64,000 nucleotides of DNA from Clostridiaceae bacterium (GTDB taxonomy: Bacteria; Bacillota; Clostridia; Saccharofermentanales; DTU023): contig DUVH01000024.1 in NCBI GenBank assembly GCA_012841145.1, forward strand, positions 4,140-68,139, in the 5' to 3' direction. The position numbers and the translations under genes are program-made. The notes under the pieces are model-generated. The model saw only the letters and a program-made list of their open reading frames with translations. It did not search any database and had not been told where the DNA came from. Shown one piece after another: positions 10,320-19,430 of the stretch. How positions within the stretch are numbered: position 1 is the first letter of the stretch; every line of letters starts with the position of its first letter.

Positions 10320-11681
10320 ATGTACGATCTCATGATAGTAGGTGCAGGTCCGGGCGGATACGTCGCGGCGGAGCGAGCCGGCCGCGCTGGGTTGTCGGTT
10401 GTTTTATTTGAGAAAGATTCACTTGGAGGCGTTTGCCTCAATGTCGGTTGTATCCCGTCAAAGGCGCTGCTCAATTCGGCGAAATTATATCGTCACGCTG
10501 TCGATAGTAAAGCGTTCGGTGTCACGTCCGAGAAAGTGTGTTTCAGTCAGGATACTGTCGTCAAACGCAAGAAAAAAGTCGTTCGTAAGCTCGTGGCAGG
10601 CGTTAGGAACCAAATGAAAGAAGCAGGCGTCGAGGTTGTCATGGCCGAAGCGACAATCCAGCCTCGTGAGGGCGATTTGTTCTGTGTTCAGGCAAACGAT
10701 GCTGTCTACAAGGGAAAACGCCTCATGATCGCGACAGGTTCCGTCCCCATCGTCCCGCCGATCAAGGGACTGGCTGACGCGATGGGCAAAACGGCGATCA
10801 CGAATACGGAAATACTTGATCTCACCGAAGTGCCCGAAAAACTCGTCGTCATCGGTGCAGGTGTCATCGGCTTGGAGATGGCGTGCTATTACCAGAGTGT
10901 CGGTTCAAAAGTCGTTGTGATCGAGATGCTCGATCACATCGCAGGCAACGTCGACCCGGAAATCGGCAAGCGTCTTCAGAACGTCTACGAAAAACAAGGC
11001 ATGGTGTTCCACCTGTCGGCACAAGTGACGGAAGTTTCTGGAAACTCTGTTACGTTCGTGAAGGACGGCAAGACTGAATCAGTCGAAGGAGACTATATTC
11101 TCCTCGCCACCGGTCGCAGACCGGCGACGACAGGTTTTGGACTTGAGAACCTTTCGCTCGAGATGGAGCGCGGACGCATCCTGGTCAACGAAACGCTTGA
11201 GACGAACGTCCCCGGCGTCTACGCCATCGGCGACGTCATCGGAGGGCAAATGCTCGCTCACGTGGCCAGCCGCGAAGGTGAGGTAGCCGTTAACCACATT
11301 CTCGGCATTGATGACAAGATGTCATATGCCGCCATTCCTTCCGTCATCTATACGGATCCTGAAGTAGCCGCTGTCGGCTTCACGAAAGCAGAACTGCAAG
11401 AGAAAGAAATCCCGTTCATCGAAGTCGAGCTTCCCATGGGCTGGGCGGGCCGCTATCAAGCGGAGACAGAACGAGGAACAGGCATGTGTCGCGTCCTCTT
11501 CGATAAAGAGACAAAGCATATGCTCGGATGTCATCTCATGACCCCATACGCCTCGGAGATGATCCTCGCATTCGGCATCATGATCGAACAGAAAATGTCG
11601 ATGGACGAGATGAAACGAACGGTCTTCCCGCATCCTGCGGTCTGCGAGATCGTCCGCGAAGCGCTCTTCCAGATCAGCTAA
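10320..11681 (+). CDS. lpd: dihydrolipoyl dehydrogenase / FAD-dependent pyridine nucleotide-disulfide oxidoreductase
   Basis: GAGPGGYVAA (FAD site), CLNVGCIPSK (redox disulfide), GAGVIGLEMA (NAD site) and C-terminal HPHPAVCE. AAGGAGG lies upstream. Confidence 0.85.
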   Translation: MYDLMIVGAGPGGYVAAERAGRAGLSVVLFEKDSLGGVCLNVGCIPSKALLNSAKLYRHAVDSKAFGVTSEKVCFSQDTVVKRKKKVVRKLVAGVRNQMKEAGVEVVMAEATIQPREGDLFCVQANDAVYKGKRLMIATGSVPIVPPIKGLADAMGKTAITNTEILDLTEVPEKLVVIGAGVIGLEMACYYQSVGSKVVVIEMLDHIAGNVDPEIGKRLQNVYEKQGMVFHLSAQVTEVSGNSVTFVKDGKTESVEGDYILLATGRRPATTGFGLENLSLEMERGRILVNETLETNVPGVYAIGDVIGGQMLAHVASREGEVAVNHILGIDDKMSYAAIPSVIYTDPEVAAVGFTKAELQEKEIPFIEVELPMGWAGRYQAETERGTGMCRVLFDKETKHMLGCHLMTPYASEMILAFGIMIEQKMSMDEMKRTVFPHPAVCEIVREALFQIS

Positions 11682-11831
11682 GTTCGTGGTATTCTAATGG
11701 ATGGGGTTAGACTGTGCTACAGAGTTTTCAGCCCGACTGACAGAAACAATCGCAATACGTTCGAGTGACCGCAACCTTGTTGCTCGACAGAGCCGGATAC
11801 GCTCATACAACGTTTTTAAGGAGTCAATCAT

Positions 11832-12212
11832 ATGTCAAAAGAAGTCATCGAATCTGACTTAGCGCCGGCGGCGATAGGGCCATATTCACAGGCTATTGCC
11901 GCGAACAATCTCCTGTTCGTTTCGGGGCAGCTCGGGATCGAGGCATCGACAGGCGAAATGCCTGACTGCGTCATCGAACAGACAAAACTGGCGTTGAAGA
12001 ACCTCGATGCCATTCTGAAAAAAGCAGGTTGCGGACCTGAAAACGTCTTGAAGACAACCGTTCTTCTCGATGACATGGCCAACTTCGGTATTGTCAATGA
12101 GCTGTACGGTCAGTATTTCGTCAGTCCCTATCCTGCACGCGCCTGTTTCGCAGTGAAGCAGTTGCCGAAAAACGCGAAAGTTGAAATAGAGTGTATCGCC
12201 ATACTTGAATGA
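11832..12212 (+). CDS. ridA: RidA/YjgF-family reactive intermediate deaminase
   Basis: 126 aa with [16 protein letters not shown] and [14 protein letters not shown] lies upstream. Confidence 0.9.
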   Translation: MSKEVIESDLAPAAIGPYSQAIAANNLLFVSGQLGIEASTGEMPDCVIEQTKLALKNLDAILKKAGCGPENVLKTTVLLDDMANFGIVNELYGQYFVSPYPARACFAVKQLPKNAKVEIECIAILE

Positions 12213-12237
12213 TGACCGGTTGACCATTTGCTCTTAC

Positions 12238-12275
12238 AGGAGCCTGGCCGACAAATCGGTCAGGCTCCTTTTTTG
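12238..12275 (+). terminator. terminator hairpin after ridA, which also forms the first element of the duplicated mgtE leader
   Basis: 14-bp stem AGGAGCCTGGCCGA/TCGGTCAGGCTCCT followed by TTTTTT. A diverged copy sits upstream of the second mgtE at 13909..13945. Confidence 0.75.
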
Positions 12276-12355
12276 GGTTTTAATTCATAAATGTGAGAGA
12301 GTATAGGGCTTGCTCCCCCACATTTTACAGAGAAAAAGAAAGTGAGGAAAAAGAA

Positions 12356-13720
12356 ATGATCGTCGAAACAATGAATCAAGAACAGAACATTAAGTACTTG
12401 ACAAGCCTCCTGAGAAACCAAGAATACACAAAGCTCATCCATGAACTTCGTCACGATCACGAAGTCGATGTCGCCCTCTTCATGGAAACGCTCCCCGATG
12501 ATGAAACGGCGTTTGTTTTCCGCATGTTGCCAAAAGAGATGAGCGCCGAGGTTTTTGCTCACTTGGAATCGGAAACGCAACTTCGAGTCGTCGAAGCTTT
12601 CAGCGACGAAGAGACGACAAGTATGCTTAATGAGTTATTCATCGATGACGCCGTCGACTTTATCGAGGAAATGCCCGCCAACATGGTCAACCGTATCCTC
12701 CGCCTCGTCTCTCCCGCAAAACGTCAGCTGATCAACCGTTACTTGCAATACCACGAAGACTCTGCCGGAAGCATCATGACGGCCGAGTACACACGTCTCA
12801 AAAAAGATATGACGGTTGCGGAAGCGATCGCTCATCTGCGCGCCGTCGGCGAGGATCGCGAAACAATTTACACGCTTTATGTGACCGATGAACAGCGCAG
12901 GCTTGAAGGTGTCACATCGATCCGAGCCTTATTGCTTGCGAAAGATGAAGAGCGCATCGAACAGATCATGCAGCACGATGTCATCTCCGCAACGACCGAT
13001 ACTGATCGTGAAGAAGTCGCCAAACTCATTCAACGCTATGACTTCTTGTCTATTCCCATCGTCGATCAGGAAAACAGGCTCGTCGGCATCGTCACCGTTG
13101 ACGACGCAGTCGATGTCCTGCAGGACGAAACAACCGAGGACTTCAGAAAGATGGCGGCCATCTCTCCATCGGAAAAACCGTACCTCAAAACAAGCTTTCT
13201 CGAGTTGGGAAAACAGCGCATAACGTGGCTGCTCATCCTGATGGTATCGGGTATGGTTAACGGAATCATCTTGCAAAAAAACGAGGCCGCATGGACAACC
13301 ATGCCTCTCCTCGTCTCCTTCATCCCCATGTTGACAGACACGGGGGGCAACGTCGGCTCGCAGTCGAGCACCTTAATGATCCGCGGTATGACGCTCGGCG
13401 AAATCAAAATAAGTGATTTCTTCAAAGTCGTTATGAAAGAATCGGCAACGAGTATCCTTATCGGTGCTGTCCTCGGCGTATTCAGTTTTCTGCGCGTCAT
13501 GATTTTTGACAAAGATATCATCGCCGCGACGATCCTCGCTCTCGCGATGTTCGTCACAATTGTCATGGCGGCCGTCATCGGCGGCATCCTGCCCCTCATC
13601 GCGGAAAAGCTGAAGCTCGACCCGGCGCTTATGGCAGCTCCGTTGATCACAACCATCGTCGATGCGGCAGCTCTTGGAATCTACTTTGCTATCGCTGCCG
13701 GTCTGATGTCTCTCGTATAA
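12356..13720 (+). CDS. mgtE: magnesium transporter MgtE (copy 1)
   Basis: ORF 12293..13720. Start at MIVETMNQ after GAGGAAAAA. Has an MgtE N-domain, tandem CBS domains, and a TM domain with PMLTDTGGNVGSQSS. Confidence 0.9.
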   Translation: MIVETMNQEQNIKYLTSLLRNQEYTKLIHELRHDHEVDVALFMETLPDDETAFVFRMLPKEMSAEVFAHLESETQLRVVEAFSDEETTSMLNELFIDDAVDFIEEMPANMVNRILRLVSPAKRQLINRYLQYHEDSAGSIMTAEYTRLKKDMTVAEAIAHLRAVGEDRETIYTLYVTDEQRRLEGVTSIRALLLAKDEERIEQIMQHDVISATTDTDREEVAKLIQRYDFLSIPIVDQENRLVGIVTVDDAVDVLQDETTEDFRKMAAISPSEKPYLKTSFLELGKQRITWLLILMVSGMVNGIILQKNEAAWTTMPLLVSFIPMLTDTGGNVGSQSSTLMIRGMTLGEIKISDFFKVVMKESATSILIGAVLGVFSFLRVMIFDKDIIAATILALAMFVTIVMAAVIGGILPLIAEKLKLDPALMAAPLITTIVDAAALGIYFAIAAGLMSLV

Positions 13721-13741
13721 TGAGCGGAAACAAACGAGCCA

Positions 13742-13795
13742 CTTTCTCCCGGAGCCGGTCGCGTTTGACTCCGGGAGAAAGGGGCGTCTTTTTCT
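13742..13795 (+). terminator. stem-loop after mgtE copy 1
   Basis: 13-bp stem CTTTCTCCCGGAG/CTCCGGGAGAAAG. The T-run (CTTTTTC) is 7 nt from the stem, so this is a weak terminator call. Confidence 0.45.
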
Positions 13796-13908
13796 TCCGA
13801 TCTTACAAAGAGTTCACAAGCTCCTCTTTCGTACGAAGCATCGCACCAAAACATCACTGTGGTAAAATTGTGTTTGGGATTGGGCCAACTGACTACCCTT
13901 GTAAATGC

Positions 13909-13945
13909 AGGAGCCTGACCGGAAAATCGTGTCAGGTTCCTTTTT
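13909..13945 (+). promoter_or_regulatory. leader hairpin upstream of mgtE copy 2 (paralog of 12238..12275)
   Basis: GGAGCCTGAC/GTCAGGTTCC followed by TTTTT. The following AAATGCGAGAGGG...CACATTTTTT...GAGGGAAAAACATG parallels the copy-1 leader. Confidence 0.5.
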
Positions 13946-14023
13946 CAAGTCTTAAACAAATGCGAGAGGGCGTGGTGCATGTTCATCACATTTTTTCGGA
14001 GGAAGAGAAAGTGAGGGAAAAAC

Positions 14024-15391
14024 ATGAGCGATGAAATTATGGACGATGAGCAGAAAATAGAGTACTTAACCGACCTCCTAGCAAATAAAAATTACGCTAA
14101 ACTCATCTATGAACTTCGTCATGACCATGAAGTGGATGTCGCTCTCTTTATGGAAACACTCCCCGACGATGAGACGGCGTTTGTCTTTCGGATGTTGCCG
14201 AAAGAGATGAGTGCTGAAGTTTTCGCTCACTTAGAATCGGAAACTCAACTCCGAGTGGTCGAAGCCTTCACCGATGAAGAAACGACGAGCATGCTCAACC
14301 AGCTGTTCATCGACGACGCGGTCGACTTTATCGAGGAAATGCCTGCCAATATGGTCAACCGCATTCTCCGCCTCGTATCGCCCGCAAAGCGCCAACTGAT
14401 TAATCGCTATCTGCAATACCCCGAGGACTCCGCCGGAAGCATCATGACTGCGGAGTATACGCGCCTCAAAAAAGATATGACAGTCGCGGAGGCGATCGCC
14501 CATCTGCGCGCCGTCGGCGAAGACCGCGAAACGATCTATACACTGTATGTTACCGATGAACAACGCCGGCTGGAAGGCGTCACCTCGGTAAGGACTCTCT
14601 TGCTTTCCAATGATGAAGAACGTATCGAGAGTATCATGCAGCGAGATGTCATTTCCGCAACGACCGATGTCGACCGAGAAGAAGTCGCCAAGCTTTTCCA
14701 TCGCTACGACTTCCTTTCAATTCCGATTGTCGATCAGGAAAACAGACTCGTCGGTATCGTCACTGTCGACGACGCGGTCGACGTTCTACAGGACGAGACG
14801 ACCGAGGACTTTGAGAAGATGGCGGCCATCTCTCCGTCAGAAAAACCGTACCTTAAGACGAGCTTTCTCGAGCTCGGGAAAAACCGCATTCTTTGGCTGC
14901 TCATCCTGATGGTATCAGGAATGATCAACGGACTCATCCTGCAGAAAAACGAAGCCGCATGGACGACCATGCCCCTTCTCGTCTCGTTTGTCCCCATGTT
15001 GACCGGAACGGGCGGCAACGTCGGTTCTCAATCGAGCACCCTGATGATCCGCGGTATGACACTCGGCGAAATCAAGTTCAGCGATATTTTTAAAGTCATC
15101 GCAAAAGAATCGGCGACGAGTCTAATCATCGGCATCGTCCTCGCCGCGCTCAGTTTTCTCCGCATCATGATCTTCAATAAAGACATCGTCGCCGCTACGA
15201 TCCTCGCCCTCGCGATGATATTCACCGTCATTATGGCGGCCATCATTGGAGGCGTTCTCCCCATCATCGCAAAAAAAATGAAGATCGACCCGGCAATCAT
15301 GGCTGCGCCATTGATAACGACTATTGTCGACGCCGCGGCACTCGGTATCTATTTCGCGATCGCCACGGGAATGATTTCTCTCGTTTCATAA
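14024..15391 (+). CDS. mgtE: magnesium transporter MgtE (copy 2)
   Basis: 455 aa, collinear with copy 1 and near-identical in long blocks (for example KLI.ELRHDHEVDVALFMETLPDDETAFVFRMLPKEMSAEVFAHLESETQLRVVEAF). Carries PMLTGTGGNVGSQSS. Confidence 0.9.
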   Translation: MSDEIMDDEQKIEYLTDLLANKNYAKLIYELRHDHEVDVALFMETLPDDETAFVFRMLPKEMSAEVFAHLESETQLRVVEAFTDEETTSMLNQLFIDDAVDFIEEMPANMVNRILRLVSPAKRQLINRYLQYPEDSAGSIMTAEYTRLKKDMTVAEAIAHLRAVGEDRETIYTLYVTDEQRRLEGVTSVRTLLLSNDEERIESIMQRDVISATTDVDREEVAKLFHRYDFLSIPIVDQENRLVGIVTVDDAVDVLQDETTEDFEKMAAISPSEKPYLKTSFLELGKNRILWLLILMVSGMINGLILQKNEAAWTTMPLLVSFVPMLTGTGGNVGSQSSTLMIRGMTLGEIKFSDIFKVIAKESATSLIIGIVLAALSFLRIMIFNKDIVAATILALAMIFTVIMAAIIGGVLPIIAKKMKIDPAIMAAPLITTIVDAAALGIYFAIATGMISLVS

Positions 15392-15414
15392 AAACAAGGA
15401 TAAATAACGACCTC

Positions 15415-15497
15415 AAACAGCCGCATGTGATTGCGGTTGTTTCCCCGCAACGAACCTCACCTACCCTTCAAACAGCCGTATGTGATTGCGGTTGTTT
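15415..15497 (+). terminator. two tandem copies of a terminator-like hairpin after mgtE copy 2
   Basis: AAACAGCCGCATGTGATTGCGGTTGTTT at 15415..15442 and AAACAGCCGTATGTGATTGCGGTTGTTT at 15470..15497. They sit within a ~55-nt direct repeat. Confidence 0.6.
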
Positions 15498-15667
15498 CTG
15501 TTACAACGCCGACAATCATCGCGTTGTGATGTCGACCCCGCAGGCACCTCAGGCAAGAACTCGGGGCAAATAGCACAAGGTTTATAACGTCGTTCTCGTA
15601 ACATTTTGACCATGTTTTTTAGGAAGCTGTTAACTGATTATGATACAATAAGTATGGAGATAATCAT

Positions 15668-15898
15668 ATGAATTTAATAAAAACGACAATTGTACGAAGG
15701 AGAATGAAATACGGAGCGCTTAGAAAAAACACGGTTCACGAATCGACTTCGGACGCCTATCTTTGTCCCCGCTGTCACAAACTTGTTAGCTACGTACCGG
15801 TTTTATCGCTTAAGCGCTGTGTATATTGCAATCAGGAGCTCGACTGGTCTCTTCCTTTTGTGCCGCCCCCCAAATCATTATCTTCCGACGAATCCTAA
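15668..15898 (+). CDS. hypothetical small zinc-ribbon protein
   Basis: 76 aa with CPRC...CVYC pairs. GGAGA lies 7 nt upstream of the ATG. No recognisable family. Confidence 0.3.
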   Translation: MNLIKTTIVRRRMKYGALRKNTVHESTSDAYLCPRCHKLVSYVPVLSLKRCVYCNQELDWSLPFVPPPKSLSSDES

Positions 15899-16082
15899 AG
15901 GCTTACGAGTTTCTTTTCAAAGTACGGCTTGCGTCGATGCGAGTCGTTTTTATTTGTCGAATATTCCTCTCGCACGACGGACACTGTGTTCGCGCTTGCA
16001 ATGATCGGCAGGCGATCACTTCACCTGCGCCAAAATTTTTTCGTTAGGAAACGTGTCTTTACTTTACTAACCGAACATTATT

Positions 16083-16817
16083 TTAAGATGTTCGATCTTT
16101 ACACAGAACCACAAAGTTCCTAAACAATTTTGCCATGCCGGGAACGGTTGAAGTGAGCTCCTCAGGATGCCATTGAACACAGACAATCGGCGGCATTCCA
16201 GGGCTGTCGGACTCGACAGCTTCGATGAGACCGTCACGGCTTCGGGCTGTCACTCGAAGCCCGGGAGCGAGATCCTTGATCGCTTGGTGATGCCATGAAT
16301 TGACAAGACACGTCTCGCCGAGAGCTTTAATCAGATAAGAGTCGTCTTCGATATCGACGTGATGTGTGACGGCTTGGCGACAGGCTTGCTGTACATGCTG
16401 GATAGTAAACTCCGGCACGTCTTCTATGTTTTGGTATAGCGTTCCGCCAAGCGCAACATTAACGAGCTGCATCCCGCGACAGACACCGAATATCGGGTAA
16501 GAGCGTTCCAGCGCTCTTCTGAATAAAAGCAGTTCAAACTCGTCGCGCTGCGGTGATAATCTTCCAAGCCCCCTGATCGGTTCTTCTCCGTAGGCAAGAG
16601 GTGAGATGTCTACACCGCCGGTCAAAATAATGCCCCCGCAGACATCTAAAATGGAATCGATCACATCGCGGTCATCCGTCACAGGTATAATTAAAGGAGC
16701 GGCACCTGCACCGTACACCGATCTGATATACGCATCGTTGACGTAGTGCCTGTTTGAACCTTCCCAGTGTTGATCTTGATCGGCAATCAGCGCACCGGAC
16801 AGTCCTACTCGAAACAT
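16083..16817 (-). CDS. class I glutamine amidotransferase, gamma-glutamyl-GABA hydrolase (PuuD / peptidase C26) family
   Basis: GVCRGMQLVN (nucleophile Cys), WHHQAI, and VQWHPE (His/Glu of the triad). Confidence 0.85.
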   Translation of the reverse strand: MFRVGLSGALIADQDQHWEGSNRHYVNDAYIRSVYGAGAAPLIIPVTDDRDVIDSILDVCGGIILTGGVDISPLAYGEEPIRGLGRLSPQRDEFELLLFRRALERSYPIFGVCRGMQLVNVALGGTLYQNIEDVPEFTIQHVQQACRQAVTHHVDIEDDSYLIKALGETCLVNSWHHQAIKDLAPGLRVTARSRDGLIEAVESDSPGMPPIVCVQWHPEELTSTVPGMAKLFRNFVVLCKDRTS

Positions 16818-17018
16818 AAATACCCCCTCTAAGTCAATGCGTCATCGCCATGAAGATAGGCAATCATGAGAACGTATCGTACCTCTACAAAAAACTGACC
16901 GTTCATCATCATGGGCATTCATACAACACGTATCCATTATATACAAATACAAACAAAATATACATTAATAGAGGGTACAGTCATTATTTGTTCGCGATGC
17001 GTTTTACTCCTACACACT

Positions 17019-17061
17019 CAAAAGAGGATGTCCTGCGGCGGAGTGACCGCAGAACATCCTC
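17019..17061 (-). terminator. terminator downstream of the FecB-like binding-protein gene
   Basis: 15-bp stem GAGGATGTCCTGCGG/CCGCAGAACATCCTC with one mismatch. The minus-strand reading is followed by TTTTG. Confidence 0.65.
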
Positions 17062-17180
17062 TCGTAGCCGATACCTGTTCTATTTAATGTGTTTCTGTGC
17101 TAACGATGTCCTTCGCAGAGCAGGTATCTGTTCCGGCGGGCTTTTTTGTTGAACTGCTTCCGCCGTTTCGCGACTTATCC

Positions 17181-18335
17181 TTACTCAAATGTACCGGCGA
17201 GGATTTCTGCCAATTGAGCGTCGTCGACTTCAATGTTGTAGAAGAGTTTGAAGAAATCTTTTACTTGCGTCTCCGGCGAATCTGTATAGATCTCAGGATA
17301 GAACGTCGCACCGAGCCAACGAACGCCGAGATAACGGTTGACGGACGGCGGCGTACTCAAAAAACCGTACGGCACAGAAGGAATCGCGATGACCTTACCG
17401 TTCTTTACGGCGTCGAGTGCTCCCCAAGCGGGATCTTTTTTTATCTCCTCAGCTAATGCGATGCCGTCGACAAGGAGATAGTCGGGGTTCCACTGAAGTA
17501 TTTGCTCCATGGAGACTTCAGAGCCGCCACCTTTTGAAGCGGCTTCAACATCAGCAACGTTTACAACCGGGATATAATCGAGTAGTTCGCTGTGGAATGA
17601 ACCGACGGCATTCGTGTTGAGACCGAGATCACCGAGTGCCCAGTATGCTTTGACGACTTTATTCTCGGGGATCTCCGCTTTCGCCTTTTCACAGAGTTCC
17701 AGCGTCTCTTCACAGTATTTTGCAAGCTCTTCCGTTCTCGCGTTATCGCCAAACAGCTCTCCCAGATCGCGATATGTCTTCGGCATACCTGCGAAAGTCG
17801 CCTCAATAAAGATGGCGGGCGTATTGATCTGTTCCTGCATACCGTCCATATCTTCTTTAATCGTCTTTTTCGCTTCACCTATGTCGATAATGACTTCCGT
17901 ATCTGCCGCAAGAACAGCTTCTAAATTGAAATCCCCGCCTTTGCCGTAAAACTGACCGAACACGGGTAAATCGCCATACTTTTTGTCGATCAGCTTGAGT
18001 TGTGTGTCGGAGAATTGACTTGCTTTTCCGCAGAGCAAGTCGGGTGCCGCAGTGTAGAGTACAATCTGAGCCAATGGGCCTGACGGTGCGATCCTCGTCA
18101 GCTTTGTCGGAATCGTCACCTCTCGTCCGACTGAATCCGTGAAAATACGTGTCTCCGGTTCCGATGGCTCTGTGAGTGACGTCTCCGGCGGCGCCGGTTT
18201 AGTCGTGTCACTGACAGCTGGCGCAGAAATGTCCGAGGGGTGTGCGGGTGGAGTCTTCTCACAACCCGTAATCATCGATAGGCCCAGAATCATCGCTAAA
18301 ATGAGCGAGATCCATGTCAATTTTGTCTTGTTCAT
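17181..18335 (-). CDS. ABC substrate-binding lipoprotein, FecB/BtuF (iron-siderophore/cobalamin) class
   Basis: ORF 17181..18368. Start at MNKTKL after AGGAGG. Lipobox MITGC, then a PBP-like body (RIAPSGPLAQIVL, VIAIPS). Confidence 0.85.
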   Translation of the reverse strand: MNKTKLTWISLILAMILGLSMITGCEKTPPAHPSDISAPAVSDTTKPAPPETSLTEPSEPETRIFTDSVGREVTIPTKLTRIAPSGPLAQIVLYTAAPDLLCGKASQFSDTQLKLIDKKYGDLPVFGQFYGKGGDFNLEAVLAADTEVIIDIGEAKKTIKEDMDGMQEQINTPAIFIEATFAGMPKTYRDLGELFGDNARTEELAKYCEETLELCEKAKAEIPENKVVKAYWALGDLGLNTNAVGSFHSELLDYIPVVNVADVEAASKGGGSEVSMEQILQWNPDYLLVDGIALAEEIKKDPAWGALDAVKNGKVIAIPSVPYGFLSTPPSVNRYLGVRWLGATFYPEIYTDSPETQVKDFFKLFYNIEVDDAQLAEILAGTFE

Positions 18336-18581
18336 GTTTTTCCTCCTATAATTGACATTTTGGTACAATTCCGTAGCGGCATAATGATTTACCGCACTTC
18401 TCGCGATTCGTAGAATCGCGTTTGACCCATTTTATTGATTCCGACCTATCTGTAATGCTCGCCGTGCATGAACGTACGAAGCACTTTCCCGTATTGTATT
18501 TCTATGCACTCAGTACAATTATTTGTATCCTTTTTATGATGTCCATCATGGCGCAATAGCGCATGACGGCTATTCTTTTCC

Positions 18582-19430
18582 TCACGGATAATTGTGACGT
18601 TTCTCTTGGTTTTTCACATCGTGATTACGCAATTTATCAAAATGAGGTAAAACGGTGACCAGTTCCGTTCGCGCGCTTTTTTCGAGTTGAATGGGCACGC
18701 GGTAAACGTGCGACAAAAGCGCTTCGGAGAGGACATCCTGCGGTTTTCCGAACGCTCTCGCAGTACCTCCTTCGATAAGCAATACATCATCTGCATACAG
18801 GAAGATGTGTTGCGGATTGTGTGTCGAGATGAGCACAAGATAACCACGATTGGCGAGTTGGCGGACCTCTTCGAGAACACGTATCTGATTGCCGTAATCA
18901 AGGCTAGCCGTCGGCTCGTCCATGATCAGGATCGGGGCGTCTTGCGCGACAGCACGCGCGATCAGTACAAGTTGCTGCTCACCGCCTGAGAGCTGATCAT
19001 AGAGACGGTTGCTAAATTGTTCGATCTGGAGGAGCTTCATCGCCTCAGCCGCCTTGATGCGTTCGTGCTTTCCCGGCTGCGCGAACATGCTGAAAGAAGA
19101 GGTCGTTCCCATCAAGACCATTTCTTCAACGGTAAACTGAAACGAACCCGTCTGAGTTTGCGGAATATACGCCATCTGTTTCGCACGCTCGCGACTTGTC
19201 AGTGTTTTGACACTATGTCCGTTGATCTTGATCTCGCCTTTCTGCAACGGAAGCACGCCGAGAATCAATTTGAAAAGCGTCGATTTGCCGGCACCGTTCG
19301 CCCCGAGGATACCGACAACGCGCCCGCGCGGGACAGAGAAAGAGAGATCCTTCAGCACTTCGTTCTGGCGGTAGCTGAACGAAACATCCTGTATCTGCAA
19401 GCCGCTTTTCACCGTAAAATCCGCCCTCAT
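18582..19430 (-). CDS. ABC transporter ATP-binding protein (FecE/BtuD class)
   Basis: GANGAGKST (Walker A), LSGGEQQ (signature), ILIMDEPT (Walker B). 4-nt overlap with the permease gene. Confidence 0.9.
   Translation of the reverse strand: MRADFTVKSGLQIQDVSFSYRQNEVLKDLSFSVPRGRVVGILGANGAGKSTLFKLILGVLPLQKGEIKINGHSVKTLTSRERAKQMAYIPQTQTGSFQFTVEEMVLMGTTSSFSMFAQPGKHERIKAAEAMKLLQIEQFSNRLYDQLSGGEQQLVLIARAVAQDAPILIMDEPTASLDYGNQIRVLEEVRQLANRGYLVLISTHNPQHIFLYADDVLLIEGGTARAFGKPQDVLSEALLSHVYRVPIQLEKSARTELVTVLPHFDKLRNHDVKNQEKRHNYP

Noticed and set aside
12213-12355. An M-box (ykoK) Mg riboswitch upstream of mgtE.
   Set aside because: The leader is only ~140 nt including the ridA terminator. I could not find the conserved M-box core segments, and the same holds for the copy-2 leader. 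This needs a covariance-model search to be definitive.
18369-18581. A cobalamin riboswitch controlling the BtuF/FecB-like binding-protein gene.
   Set aside because: I could not recognise a B12-box or the conserved cobalamin riboswitch core by eye. It is left as an unexplained spacer pending a covariance-model search.
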